A DNA stretch of 61,562 bases, counting the filler, from Globobulimina sp. (Eukaryota), in the NCBI GenBank assembly GCA_003354225.1. It is 18 parts of 18 records of this genome, joined end to end, with 100 filler letters (N's around TTAATTAATTAA, not from the genome) between each part and the next. Parts side by side here need not be neighbours in the genome. Positions count along the whole stretch, not along the records: positions 58,240 to 61,562 come from PIVH01003089.1; 17 more parts are not named here. The stretch is one strand, 5' to 3'. Shown in pieces: positions 60,456-61,562 of this stretch. Both the position numbers and the translations under genes were made by a program. Every line of letters starts with the position of its first letter. Position 1 is the first letter of the stretch. The notes below the pieces were generated by a model that was given only the letters and a program-made list of their open reading frames with translations, made no database searches and was not told the DNA's origin.

Positions 60456-60840
60456 TAAATTTGCTAATAAAAAAAAACTTAGCTTCAACTTTGAAATAAA
60501 AACTAACAATGTCGAACAACCAAATAAAAACTAACAATGTTCATAATCATTGTCGTTCCTTTCTGTATTTATAACGTACAAAAATACAAAATGGCAACTT
60601 TATTGTAACTGTCAGAGTCTAAAGAAGGAGCTGCAAAATATGGATCTATACTCTAAGTACAACATACCTGCAAACAATGTTATTTATACATATTATTATG
60701 ACATTTATCACCCAATCGAAGATGTATAAATACTGCTTCTTTATATCATATATGATCCCTTGACAGGTCCACCATTTATTTATATATGATCGAAGGTAAT
60801 ATAAATATTATAGGATCATATGTGTATATCTTATCGGGAA

Positions 60841-61057
60841 CACTCTGTAATTGATTTCCTACAAGGCAGATACATCAGAGTCCTCCTTAAGGGATGTAAC
60901 TCTGCCTGGCATTTACAAACTGTCGGTCTGCCCCAAGGATCTTCCCTTTCACCTATATTATATATTATATACAAATGATTATAAAATACCGGCACAATAT
61001 ACTAATTACGTTGATTCTGTCCTTTTTGCCGATGATACTATATTTTGGCAACCCCTG
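60841..61057 (+). pseudogene. Non-LTR (LINE) retrotransposon RT relic
   Basis: 'VIDFLQGRYIRVLLKGCNSAWHLQTVGLPQGSSLSPILY', a frameshift in an AT run, then 'YTNDY...LFADDT'. Confidence 0.85.
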
Positions 61058-61079
61058 GACCGAAAGACGTCTTTCGGTC
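61058..61079. repeat. Perfect 22-bp palindrome
   Basis: GACCGAAAGACGTCTTTCGGTC equals its own reverse complement. Confidence 0.95.
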
Positions 61080-61562
61080 TAAAATGTTGTAATATGGAAA
61101 CATTTGCTTGATATGGAAACATTTGATTGAGAATAATAAAAAGAATCCAAAGAAAAGACCACGGGGTTCCTAACGTTTGCACCACAACGACTACGCTCAC
61201 TAGCCGTTGTGTATATACTCTCTCGTACCAATCTGAGTGTAATTTTTAAATTATACTTTACTTGAAATGTTTTCACAGAAAAAAAAAATATCTAAATTGA
61301 TCCATATCCCAGTCACAACCGCACAACCGCATCTGGTGATTCATGATATCAAGTCGTAAAATTTTAGCAATTTCGGTTCCGGCAATAAAAAAAAGATGAG
61401 AAATGAAAATGACAATTAAACAATCAAACAATCAAAAAAATACCATACAGTGAATTTTGGCCAATCTGTTCATTGAATAAAATATTAATAATAAAAGATA
61501 TTTATGTTTTGTGAATTTTTGATTGGTTTATGGGAAAAAAATAATACAAAACAAAACAGAAT

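Noticed and set aside
1-61562. Reassigned stop codons explaining broken ORFs
   Set aside because: TAA, TGA and TAG all end intact genes, and most breaks resolve as frame-preserving GT-AG introns.

Overview
This window is not a contiguous locus. It is 18 unrelated contigs of about 3.3 kb (3328 down to 3323 bp, sorted by length) joined by an artificial 100-nt linker (44 N + TTAATTAATTAA + 44 N), so adjacency across linkers means nothing. The DNA is AT-rich, eukaryotic and gene-dense. It uses the standard code and has short GT-AG introns, mostly 50-130 nt. The gene families (divergent G-alpha, 7TM-RGS, Cys-tailed 7TM proteins, SAM, SPRY and ART-like proteins, a recurrent 'LxxGY/FIR...IPxDI...FY' motif) suggest a rhizarian or foraminiferan-like protist; this is inference. 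Recognisable genes: FLVCR-like MFS transporter, MOSC/mARC, RPL24, a Rab8/Rab1-group GTPase, RhoGEF, a MyTH4 protein, APH-like kinase, a thiolase-fold protein, DUF676 lipase, MAPEG, START and a GTPBP1/2-like fragment. The most notable observations are: (1) a >1069-aa ORF fusing GRDP-like domains and two TM helices to an intact G-alpha domain with a long C-terminal extension; (2) a decayed two-ORF Penelope-like retroelement with no GIY-YIG endonuclease; (3) a UBA plus R-S-E ADP-ribosyltransferase-like protein; (4) a zinc-finger/XK-scramblase-like fusion; (5) several small palindromic, MITE-like or SINE-like elements and a LINE RT relic. All family calls come from motif recognition by eye; no database search was run.
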